In this document: in pieces, positions 21,741 to 34,161 of the stretch
Numbering within the stretch: the first letter of the stretch is position 1
Layout of the letters: each line of letters starts with the position of its first letter
Assembly (NCBI GenBank): GCA_030704615.1
Contig: CM060732.1
Span: 21,204,001-21,268,000 of the forward strand
Direction: 5' to 3'
Length of the DNA: 64,000 nucleotides
From: Takakia lepidozioides
Lineage: Eukaryota; Plantae; Bryophyta
Translations under genes and position numbers: made by a program
The notes under the pieces: generated by a model
Databases searched by the model: none
What the model was told of the DNA's origin: nothing
Seen by the model: the letters and a program-made list of their open reading frames with translations, nothing else

Positions 21741-24149
21741 ACGATCTCGAGCCGAAAGTTCTACCAACGATTTGAAAAGTGCGGAAGGTTGTTTTTGTAA
21801 ATTAAAGTTTGGTAACTACGGCCGAGATACTTACTCAGTAAAATTTCTATGATATATTACGTAAGAAAAGGAAAACGGACGACATCTGTGAGTCCTACAT
21901 TTGCACCCAAATTTCGCCCTTTCATGTTTTCGTCCATCCGTTAGGCGGGGACTTCAAGTGGGTTTCATGCCGGAATATCCGCAATTATCGCCGGCGCGGC
22001 TTTGGCGGCCTTTTTGAGCCTGCTCCTGTCTGCTCTCGCCACCTGCGTGTTCGTTCCTTACAATGACTGTGACGCGTGTCGGGTCCTCAGACTCCCGCCC
22101 ACAGAATCACGCCACGTCTCTTGGATGGCACATAGGCCCCACGACGAAGTAGTCATCCTCCCACATTCATCCATGATTATGACCGATTTTTGCAAACTGA
22201 TTTATGATATTTATTTAGCCCCAAGTTGTGAGTGAAGCTCTTTGGGACAGTGACTTCTGATTTGATCGTATTACTCTTCAATGTTTCAAATATCAAAGTT
22301 TGCTACCCGGAACTTACTTGCAATTACCAGGTTTTCTTTTCTGTTTTTTAGTAAAACTATTAGAGCGGATGGCAAACTTGAAGGGTCATTTTAATTTGTT
22401 ATAATACATTACAACCAGTCCTTGGGAAAAAGACAAATTGCGGAGTTAGGTTCTTCATCTCCAAATTTTGCTATACATATCATCTATACTTTATTTACGA
22501 ACTAAAGGTGGGTCGCTCATGTTATAACGTATATCATCATTTCATTAGTGGACACCTTCTAACGGCCGTGGAAAAGCCCGCATAAGCATCCAACAGCATA
22601 CCCCAGAGCGACCTCCTCCAGATTTTCATTGGGTGAAGCATAATTTCCTAAGGGAGGGGAGCATGGAAACCCTTTTGTACCACAATTGTTGGCCCCGGAA
22701 CACATTCTTGTCCATTTGATGACATATTGTCTATGGCGTAAAGTCCTCGGCCAAAGCTATATGCTCTATTTTTAACGCGATGTTGGATATCACCCAATAA
22801 CTTATAGCCAACCCAACTAAAAAAGGTGTGGTTGGGTGGAGGGGTCATTTACCATCAGCCCTTGAAGGGTTTGGGCAACCACTTTTCACCCATTAGGTGC
22901 GGCCGTCAGGAATTGTCCATTGAAAGACAATAGTTCTTCAGGGTGAAGAAGCGACACCATAATTTACACAGCAAAAATTTAAAAAAATTCGCAGAAGATG
23001 GACACCTTTTATAACAGCAAGTTTACCCATATATCTGTAAGATCAAAAAGCTTCTATATACCTCCAATGCACCTACACGTTACCCCCACATGATCACCCT
23101 TTCCTTACAATCCACCCTTTCCTTAAAGCTCCTTTCTTCTCACAGCTGACACCATCTGTGACCTTGAGCAACTGGAGTTTCAGCAGACTGTTGTAACTTA
23201 ACCTCTCTCAAGCAACTGACAGCGGAGGTCTTCAGACATAATCCTCACAAAAAGTTGGCTTCAACTGGACATTAGTTAGGCATCAACCACGAGCCAATCA
23301 ATGGGGCATTGGGATTGAAAATAGAGTCTGGGACATGGGATTGAGGAAGGCCTAGTTTGAGATGTGCTATTGGTGAATCAGGAGGAAGAGGGACGATTAG
23401 AGGGACTTGAAGCAGCATAAACAGCACACACAACAAACAACAGGGGCTTACAACTTTCTCGAGGAACCGCTTGCCATTTTTGCAAGAATGCCAGAGGGGT
23501 CCCCTCCAGTCAAGTAACTATGCAAACTAATGGAAGAAAGAATACAGCACTGAGGAGATAAATATAGTGGCCCCAGGTATACCCATAGATATGAGGGGCA
23601 CTGCTGCCACCACCGACCACGAATTGCCACAACTCAGACTGCCAAGCCTGACCTGAATAAGAGCTATCATAGAAAGCATCAAGAAGATTGTGCCAAACAT
23701 GGATCCCAATGCTGATGCCAATATGCCAAACCGCAAAAATTTGTTGTTGATTTCAGCTGATTTTGAGCTCCCCTGTAACTTCCCACTACCTGAAATCAGA
23801 GTGTGTCACAATTAAAGCGCACATGATCAGTGCCTTACGACAAGGGAGGGTAGCAAAGTTGGAGGCACAGTCAAGAGAGAGGAAAGGAAAGGAATTTGAT
23901 TGTCCAGCAGCGATTGGTAGGGCAGAGTCCTCTGTTTCCAGCCCATTGATGGGCAACAGGAAGAGCGTGTGGGCCTTCAACAGCACATCCACATACAGTC
24001 AATGAATGAATTCCCTTTACTGATTCAACTGATTATGCATGGATGGAGAGAGAGAGAGAGTGATTGCAATGTTACCTAGAACGATGAACAGCTTAAAGCC
24101 ATGAGCCACCAGACTGGAGAAAAGAAAGCAGCTGAAGGCTATCACTTCG

Positions 24150-25220
24150 AACACCATCAGGTACCGATACATGTCGATCCCCACAAGGCACTCACTTCTA
24201 TGGGGCACCAGTGATGTTGTAGGTTGAAGGTTCTGAGCAGGTGTGAAAGATAGTCCAAGAAACACTGCCACCGTAAAGAAAGAGTTCACCTGCAATGGGG
24301 TTCATTTTCTTAGAGAGTACTTTAAATGCAAGGGAGTTATAAAATTGAAACACTTCTGAACGTAGCATCAAAATACCCTTGAAATCAAATTCTTAACATT
24401 TGAGGTTTTTAGTTTGGAAATTACCGAGACGACCTCATCAAGAGTGGTGACATGGACTTGCGTGACCTTCTGGTTGTCAGCCATGTCAATGGACACACCA
24501 TATTCTGAATGGCTGCGATACAGTGGAAAGATTGTTCTCAGTAGCTTGGCCATGTTTGAAAAGAATCTTCTGCACTCACCATCAAAGAAACACACTAATC
24601 TCACTGGGTTTGATCAGTACACAACAACAGAAAGAAAACAGCTCTCTATGGTGTCCATTATCCTTGGAAGGTCTGGAAGAGCTTTTTCAGTTATGAGGAC
24701 CAAGTCCTTAACAGCTACCTGCATGAGGCACTTCTCTCCGTGCAATGCAATGGTTGGTTGATCTGTTCTTTTGTTGTTCTGCTCTGTCATGGGCCAAATA
24801 ATAGATTCATTCTTTCTTTCTTTTCTCTTTGTCTTTCTTTATAGAGTACCATTTCATTTCTTTTCTTTTCTTTCTTGTCTTATTGAGTACATTCTATCTT
24901 TCTTTGTGTCTTCACAGTTTTATCCAATGGTCATTGAGACGACTCACTCCCCGTTTGTGTGCTGGACCAGCACAGCAGAACTCCGTCTTACACTGTTTGA
25001 AAATCCCTCCAAGGCCAGAGGCCACACAAGTGACTGAGGCATGTCTAACAAATCTCTGCAGCAGGGATGGAGAACTTTGTATCCATGATTTACCAAATCA
25101 ACCCCATTTGAGGCATATCCTTGAGTCATTTGCTGATGTGAAGTGACAACTTGATTCTGACAAGTTTCCACATCATGAGGTTTTGGCCATTAAACTCCTT
25201 CAGTGAAAGGGCCATTAAGC
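24150..25220 (-). mobile_element. Possible highly decayed Ty1/copia remnant
   Basis: Short motifs EFNGQNLMMWK (gag-like, ~25190) and LFLYGGSVSW (RNaseH-like, ~24270), in copia order on the minus strand. Confidence 0.3.
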
Positions 25221-27711
25221 TCTTGGGATTCAGTTTTTGATCCATGTGGAGACAAGGGTGGGAAAGACTAGACCTATAAATCTAACTGAAGCCTGAGGGA
25301 GTGAGCATTAACTCAAGTTCCCACCAAGAAAGATGTGACCATGGGCGCAGATCACCGTGGAAGAGACATGAGTCTCTGTTTGACTGTCATTTGATAATTG
25401 ACAAGAGCTACTCTAGAGCAGAAGATTCTAACAAACTGGTGAATCACAGAGAACCTTTTCTGTATGGAAACGACTCAAAACATACAGTGGGGTGAATTTG
25501 GGCATTGCTCTAAGGCATCTAGAAAATATAATGCAAGGAGAAATTAAATGAGAGGGTCTGAAAAAGAGAGAGTACTTGCTGCATATATTTCCCTTTCAAC
25601 TCATCCTCTTATGGCACACGTAGACCAATTCCAGATATGGAGGAGCGTTTAGGGTGGGTAGCAATGGAGGAGAGAGATGTGCAGATCTGCTCATTATTAG
25701 ACCGTGCCTCGGCCTTATGGCCAGAAACTCTGCCACCAATTTAGGGGGAGAAAACGAAGGTGATGTGAACTTCTCAAAGACAATGCACAATCTCCCATGA
25801 TAGTCGCTCAAAGCTGCAGGATCATCTATCTCTCGAGACAGACAAAGACAAATTCAACGGAGCCATAGGGCAATTATCAGTGATCACATACCTGGTCGTA
25901 AGCACCAATTCGTCATCTACAACGGTGGTGGTTGTAGCATTATTGTTATCAGTCATGGAAGGATTTCCCCCGATCCCCATTTCCCTCCAACGTTTTGTAA
26001 ACCGCATTATCTTTGGAGATCGCTACCACACACTGTGTTACATCAGCTTGCAACCCAAATCGCCGTGCATCTCGTTCTCAGTCTAACTCTTGCAAAGTAT
26101 GCGTGTGTCTCCCTGCCGTTCCTCCCTCTCGTACCACACACACATCCTCCTTTCCTTTCTGTAGTATTCAATTCATATACATATCCGCGATCTCTCTTCC
26201 AGCTTCCTGTGGGCATTATACGGTATTACCTTCAGATAGGAGGACCCGAAGTGCTTAGGACATTCCGCGCACGAGGCGCTCCATCTCGAACGACTTTTGA
26301 GAGTTTTGACCCATTTCTTGATTGCCTGTTAGTTTACTGCCGGGTCGATGTTATAAAGCTCCTTTCTTTCTTTTCTTTCTCTCTCTTCAATGGCATAACA
26401 AACTCCTTCGCTACGTCTTGCACTAAAAGCCGTGTAAAGATCTGTGATATACAAGAGCTGACGGAAACGATACCTCTGTCAGGGCCCAGGAAGATAGTGA
26501 TGGTGTAAAACGAAAGTCTCGACTTTACAATCGTGCAAACGGCAAACGGCACGGAACTACCTCTAGTTCCCATGGCGGCGACGCTCTCTTCCACCACCAT
26601 TGCACCTAATCAAGTGCTAAACTGCTGTAGCTTGGCCTGTAATAAGCTCAGTGACGTCCATTATGCAACAAGACATGATCCGGACACGGTGGGCCCACAC
26701 ACCGTACGTGACAATGACAAACAATCTGTGCCGGTGCGCACATAGCGCCTTCATCAAGTGTGGGTTCTACCAAAGAGGGATGCTTATCGGAAACTGTTCC
26801 GAATGACCCAGATGCTTTCCTCGTAGATGACAACCTTCACGCCTACTCCAAAGGAATCCAATCCTCTCGAGAACGCGTATGGTACATGTACCTACTTTCT
26901 GTATGGGTACCTACCTTACTGCAAAGAGATCCAAAAACTGAACTGTACAATATCTCATTGCACCAATGCTGTGGTTGTTGGCATTGGTAGAAAGTCGCAG
27001 GTCCATTCTACTTTCATGATAGAAGCCAAGCATTTCTACGTGACAGACGTACACAACATCCCTGATAGGTACTTGCAATATGTATATGCTATGAAAGTGC
27101 AGCAGACAAACAAACAAAGCAGACAAACAGAATTTTTGGGTTCTGCACCGTAGCCATACAAGAAACCTCCATGGAATGTAACGATGTTTTGTTTGTAATC
27201 CTCATTCGATTCCCAAGCGAGAGCCAACCGATTGTTACAAATTGCTTGCATTTCAGACTCCTCGTGTTTCTCACAAAACTTTGAAACACCACATAATCGG
27301 TTAACCACATAACCACATAACCACCACTTACGTAACGACTCTTTCATTGTGCAACCAGCAACCTTACAGCTAACACAACACTTCCTAGAATTTCTAGAGA
27401 AGAGATCTCTAGGTGTTGGGTATCAACTTTTCATGGTGGACCTCTAATATTCAAGTTGTCATCTGAAAGAACCAGACCCGATCCTCTGGATTCCCGGTTA
27501 TACATGAGTAATGGACAAAGCGAGCTGTGGCGGAAATACAATGGAAGTGCGTGCAACATAGATAATCAACATGCAGGATGGTACACAACACGGCATCTGT
27601 TCAAGTGTTTTGACTTCACGTGCATATTACTAGTACTTGAGATTCTCATTTTGCATGCAGGTCGATCGATGCATATAATAGTCAGGTTGGATGTCACCGT
27701 GCAGGGTCTCA

Positions 27712-30572
27712 TCACACTGCACGATTAAATCTCTTAAAGGGAATTGCTCGAATCACCAATGTTTGGTACATTGCTGCGAGGGCGGCCCCAACGAATGGAC
27801 CTACCCAGAAGATCCACTGCACCACCATAGCCAACCAAATCCATTTGGAAGGTTAGCAAAGCTTCTTTTCTCTCCCTCTTTGCTACAAAAGAAAATTTAA
27901 GTAAGACAAACAGGCTACACATCCACACAAGGGCTCTACAGGTCTCTCCCTCCTGTCACGTTCTTCGGCAAACCCAAGCTAGTCTAGACATTTGTCACCC
28001 AGGCGTTCAAATTGGCTGGATTCCCTTTTGATGTCATGGATTGTCATGTGCCAGGCCCTAAGATCGATCGTAAGAGACGACACCACAAGACTCGCTGCAC
28101 TTCAGTCATTGTAGACTGCAGGAGTGCTACTACCTGTAGGTATTGTAAGAATTCACATTCTGCCTAGCACAAAACAGGACAAAAAGCCTCTTTTCCCAGG
28201 GTCAGATTACGTTGTCCTTTGAAGATTAGGGCGCTTAATAACGACGTGTTGTAGGCAGACTTCAGGAACTCGCGTAGATTGCTCATATCTAGATAGGAAT
28301 TCTAGAAGAGAGGCTAAGTCAAAGAGATTTTGGTGACCAGTGAAGGTTACTTACATGTTCATCCCAGACGTTGTCTCTGTTAAAGATGATGGCAGCGCCC
28401 AGGCTCCGGGCGGGATTGATGCCTGTGCCTGTGATGGGGATTGTGGCCAAATGCACCAAAAAGACTGCAAACCCGATAGGAAGCGGCGCAAGCACCTGTC
28501 ATGATGTACAAGCACGCGAGGTACCTGATGAAACTCTCTCTCTCTCTCTCCGATCCTTCTCTGGTCCTTAGTTCTAATGCTTAAATGCTAGTGCATGGCA
28601 GTAAGCTCATTGGGCTTTCTGTCGACGTTACAAAGCTGATTTATTTCTGTTGTTATTCCAGATCCATTTTCTGATCGACTCGGCTCCTCTCGTCCAGATA
28701 TCAAATCACACCACCCACTTTGGCCTGAAGTCATCCCTCCCTGGGAGTTGGTTCTGGTCTTCAAGAATAGTGTTAGGCAGTGTCGATGTACTGGCTCTCA
28801 CATGCACATATCATAAGGTACAATACAGAGGTTCCATATGGACAGATTGTCGTAAATATAATGCCACTTAATGCAGTTATGCCGCTTTGTCATATGATGC
28901 ACGACCGTAGACACACACAAACCATACAGACTCAGAGGCACCAAGCAGCTAAAAAGAATCAGTGTTCCTTCTCGAAAGTGTGAGTTACATCTGTGTCTCG
29001 CTCGTCCTTGTACTTAGCGAAGACGATCGTGAAGGGACTTTTGCTTACCTCGAGATAGATCTCTCCCCCAACCCCGGGAACTCTAACAGTACCAGCTGAG
29101 TGTATGTCTCTGATCATCCTTACTGACCCCATCCTAGCCGCAAGCCTAAGTACTTGCATGAAATCATGTATGTGTTTCCGACTATCCAAGCGGTGCTGCA
29201 AACAAATGTTCCAGCCAAAGCAACGTATACTCGAGACTTACCGGCACATGAGAATCGCGGGCTCTACGCTTTGCATCAGTGGCAGAGAAGACGGTGTACA
29301 CCAGCACAAATGTTCCGACAATCTCTGCTCCAAGACCACTCCCCCTGGTGTAGCCGTGGGAGACAGTATTGGCACCGCCGCCTGCGGTCTCATAGAAGCC
29401 TGGCTGGAAGCCTTTCACTACTCCCGCTCCACAGATCGCACCCAAACACTGACATATGATGTAAAATATCGTGCGCGGGAGCGATACTTTCCTCGCCAGG
29501 AACAGCCCAAACGTTACAGCTGGATTGATGTGTCCTCCTGCATGCAGTGAAGATCGTGAGATTGTGATCTTTGATGGCTTCAGATCGCTGCAGAAGACAA
29601 AATAACTAGTGCACAACATGAAGCCCTGGAGAAGCCAAAGTACGGTTTCAAGGACGTTTTCATGCATGCGAGAGAAAAACTTCCTTCTGAAGAAAGACAG
29701 GAAAAATTTAACGGCGTCCACAAAGAAAAAGAAGGTATGTAGAAGAAGCTCCAGATGTAGCAGAGTCTGGAAGAAACCCAGAATGCTTAGGGCTAACCTT
29801 GAGATTAGTTTAATCCGTGGCTGCGAGACTACTTTCAGATCGATCCAAATTTCAAGATCATGTGCCCCATCTGGATGCTCGAATGGGCTGGGGAAGTTCA
29901 GACTTCAGACACTTTGTTCTGAGCATAGAAGAAAGCTGACAACAAGGTCCGATCAGGATGAGCATAGTAGAGAAACTAGTAGGTGAATTAGAGACATTTA
30001 CAATTTGCTGTTTGTCGCTCACCTTGCACATGATGCGGCTATTTGCAAATTCTTGAATGGAGGAGTTAAAAATCGCTCTCAAATTTTGACTCCACCTCCA
30101 GGGGGTAAGGGCAGTTCATCTTCAAATTTACAAATTCACACAGATGAGCTTAAATTGAGTTGTGGAAGCGCAACTGATCAGTCCTTGACCTTCCCCTGGA
30201 TGTGTGAACACACTGAGTTAAAATACCTGATATCCCAGCAGTGCAATAGACGAGGGCAAAAATCATCCCACCAAACGCCCACGCAATGCCTTGAATGCCG
30301 ACACCACTGCAACTTCCGAGTCGTACATTACCCATCACAGTGTTGATGGTGATGTAGAGGAAGAGAAAGCTGGCAATGAACTCAGCAATCCCGGCCCTCC
30401 AGAACGACCATAATCCAAACTCTCTGCTGTCATACATGGGAGTAAACACTGGCTCGGCGTAGTCCCTCTCCGCGGTCTGGGAAACAGTACCCAATGGTGC
30501 TCGCTCTCCAAATTTTGTAGCTGCGCCGACGGCGATATCATCTTCCTCGTCTCCCGTGACGTGATCTGCCAT
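27712..30572 (-). CDS. PIP1: Plasma membrane intrinsic protein PIP1-type aquaporin; exons 30572-30227, 29537-29242, 28495-28355, 27816-27712 (295 aa)
   Basis: [29 protein letters not shown], ar/R filter F-H-T-R, RDSHVP, C-terminal VIRAIPFK. Internal exons are 296 and 141 nt, typical of PIPs. Confidence 0.95.
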
Positions 30573-32654
30573 GAGCGCTGCTTCTTTCCTTTTCACTAGG
30601 TTTCAGTTAGAGCTTGGGGATATGTAGCGCTGGCCCGGCAGTTGGCTGAGGCTAGAGCCTCGTACTTCTTGGAGGCCTTGGTGAGAAACAGGATTAACTG
30701 TCAGACTCTTCAGCTGTTGCAAGAGTGCCCAAGTTGGTGCTCAATTTCCTCAAGATCTTTCGGATATTCAAGGCGTTGACAATCTGGGATTCCCAACGCA
30801 AGTCTGGTTGACTGTTCGACAGATCAAGCAGATATATACACATCAGAGAAGAGAATGGTCAGTTCGGTAGAAGAACTGAGACAGAATTGAATACGTCACA
30901 GAGGGGAGAGATGAGATTGTACCGGATGCTGTAACCTATACTAGGTTCGAGCACTTCAATGCTGTGAACACAAGCAAACAAGGAGCAACGCAGATGGGCT
31001 GACAAAAGCAACAGCTTAGGTACAGCTCCAGAAAAACCTGGAGTGATCCCTGGAGAGAAATGCAGACGTGAAAAGGAGATAGGAACTGTTTTGTGTACCC
31101 GGCTCAAAGATTTTCTACTTCTACAGCTTCAAAGGCTCGGCGGGTGACGCCATGCACAGAGTGGCGCATTAATGGTTGGAGGACGTCAGCTCGTGCTAAG
31201 AGGTGGGGGTCGGGGGGGGGGGGGTTACTATTCATATAAATCTCATAACATGTGCGATCAAGACATGTTTCTTAATACCTATGTACTCAGCATTGTTACA
31301 CTGATATTGACCCCTTGTATGTATTTTAATTACGCATTTACCCATCCCTTGTGTATAAAAACTTGTACAAATTTTTATTTTTAAAAAAGTCCCTCCCCGT
31401 ACAAAAAGAGAGAAAAATTTAAGTCTTAGGGTCAATCCCATCAACAAATGCAGAAAAAAAAATAATAACTTGTCCTCTTATATGTATTTATAGATCTTTG
31501 TAAAGTTTATGTAAATGCATTATCCCCTATGTATACTTTAATATTTTAATCAATCATACCCCTTCCCATACTTGTATTTCGTGCAATTGTTTTTTTTCAA
31601 AACCCCCTCTCCGATAAAGTATTGATCGCAGATGGTGTTCTAGCCTAATGTAGAGTGACCACCTCTGGAGAAGAAAAATACCCAAAATTCTACCCAAAAC
31701 TCTATCTCTCTCTCTCTCTCTCTCTCTAGCCTAATTTCTGGCCCTGTGTACAACATATCACAGAGAATCATTCTTTAGAGTTACCTCCAACAGTTGTAGA
31801 TTCACCTGGGTGATGTTTATGGCCATTACTAGATCATGACTCGTTGAAGGCAGCGAGAGCTGAGAACACGGTGGTGGAAGTATAATAAGTTAAATGGTGG
31901 CGGTGTCACACACCCAAATCAGCAATAACTAGCACGCCCAAGCTTATTCAACAATACTTTAGATTCCTCACGTTCTCTTACTTTGTTTGAAAACACTGGT
32001 AAATTTTGTCCAGGTTTCCACGGGTAGCGTGATCAACAGAGTAGGTTGCACCAGAGTTTGACATGGTCGTCATAAGAACCAAATCACAGTTGCATGCAGA
32101 AGTTTGGTGTCGCATGGCCCACTCCTCCCAAAATCAAAACAAAACAACTCTCAAAGATTACGAGGGAGACATCAATACTCTTTTTTAAAGATCAGTTGAC
32201 GCATTTGTTGTTGCAATATATTCTCGAGCCCACGTGGATTGATCAAACTTCGAAAGACAAGGGTCAACCATATTATAAAAAACACAACAACAATTGTAGC
32301 TGGCCCAGTAATTCGGAATCTGGATGTTTGTGGCAATTGTTTTTTTTTTGGGCAATTGTTTTCTCTTAACAAATTTCATGGGCCATTTTGTTGTTTTTGT
32401 TTTCTGGGGCGGTGGCCCCTCAACCTCGTCAGCAGGTCAGCCTCAGCGCATGGCACTGAGGGTTTTTTTTTTTTCTCTCTCTCTCTCACTAATAATCATA
32501 ATAATCATAATAATATATAGTATATGTTGCATCCAAAAGGAAGTGTGATTATGCTGCCTCTTGACCTAGAGGGCCTCCTGCCTTCTGGCGGGAAGGTGAA
32601 CACTGATACCAACTTGTGGATTGAACCCACGACCACTTTTGAGGTGGTATGTAC

Positions 32655-33154
32655 CAGTGTTGTTCTGGTATCAGGTTCAGGACATACCAGACTGGTCCTG
32701 GTACCAGACGTATCAGAATACTTTTATATCAGTCTGGTCTATATAATGATGGATGTATTTGTTTTTTTCCACATACTAGTATGAGTACAAGTATCATGAC
32801 CACAACACCAGCTGGTATGAGATATCAATTCTGGTATCATTTCAAAGCCATCTTGAATTACAAGTTTATCACATAGCAAGTATCAAGTGAAAACAAATAC
32901 AATCCAAATAAAGATATATATATATATATATAAGTATAAGTACAAGTATGTAGGCATATGTACACATAAATTAGTATAGTACATATTACCAGAGTAAATG
33001 AGGAAGAGGGGGGGGGAGCACTGGTATTGTGGCTGGTATGAAAAAACTGATACCAGCTCTGGTATATGACCAAGTATTCTCCCAAATGATATGAGACTTG
33101 GTCTGGTATCTAATACCAGTGCATATACCAGTATTTCTTACCAGGCCAACTTTG
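32655..33154. mobile_element. hAT-like MITE (~500 bp)
   Basis: Ends CAGTGTTG / CAACTTTG, 8-bp TSD GTATGTAC / GTATGTAA, many ATACCAG/CTGGTAT subterminal motifs. Confidence 0.6.
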
Positions 33155-33959
33155 GTATGTAATTATGTATCCTTTACCAACGGGCTACAACTTGGTCGCC
33201 TTTCTCTTTTAAAGAAACTTTATTTATTTATTTATTTAAGCTTTTAAAAGGAGCATGCCAAGTTACTGCTAGGGATGCCTGATTTTAACTGCTAGTGACG
33301 ATTTCTGAGAACAATGTTCACGTTTTTATAAATTAATAAAATAATTTAAAATAAACGATATTCAATCAATTAATGGTACTACTTTTATCATAGAGAGAAA
33401 AGACACTCTTGTATGTCATGGCTGGATTGTGCAACACCATCCATTTGCTTATAAACATAAGCTGACGAATGGAAATCACCTAGAGTTGACATAAGTAGTA
33501 GCCACTTCATTTTATAGCTACTGCTCTTTAAAAGGTGGGTTCTATAAAGGTTTTTATAAGCAAAGTCTTAACAAATAAATTTTAAAGATAGAGATTAACT
33601 GGATTTATATACATTTAATATCTATGATAGAATCTATTAATGTGTATTTATAATATATTAATAGCTCTCTATTTTCAATTTCTAGAATATAGAAAAATAT
33701 GTAATCTGGTATTTTATTAACTATTACCATTATCATGTTTCTAATATATGAATGTGCAATCATATATTAGTAATTCAAACCATTGAATTCTGTTTGGTGG
33801 TTTATCATAATTAATATCTAGAAATATTATAACATTTACATTGAATATGTGAAGAAACAAAAGAGAGAAACGATAGAAGAGCATATTCACATTTAGAAAT
33901 ATTTTAAAAAATCAGATTTTATTTTTTTGATTTAAAAAATGACAATGATGAAGTGGCTG

Positions 33960-34161
33960 AAGAAAAGAAGAAAGTGATATTGGAGCAGATTCGTAAAATG
34001 GATTTTCAAAGAAAAAAAAAAAAATCGGACAGCCAAAAAACATAGTCATGACATCTTGGGAAGAAGAAAAGAAGAAAACGATATTGGAGCAGACTTAAAA
34101 TAGATTTTCAAAATTCAGTTTTTTTTCGGACAGCCAAAAAAGAGAGTCGTGACATTTTGGA
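33960..34161 (+). repeat. Tandem duplication, ~104-bp unit x2
   Basis: AAGAAAAGAAGAAA..GATATTGGAGCAGA..GATTTTCAAA..TCGGACAGCCAAAAAA..TGACAT occurs twice. Confidence 0.8.

Noticed and set aside
21134-21800. Repetitive ORFs such as MHPSRQS...
   Set aside because: They are translations of the minisatellite.
29104-29550. Plus-strand 148-aa ORF
   Set aside because: Antisense shadow of PIP exon 2.
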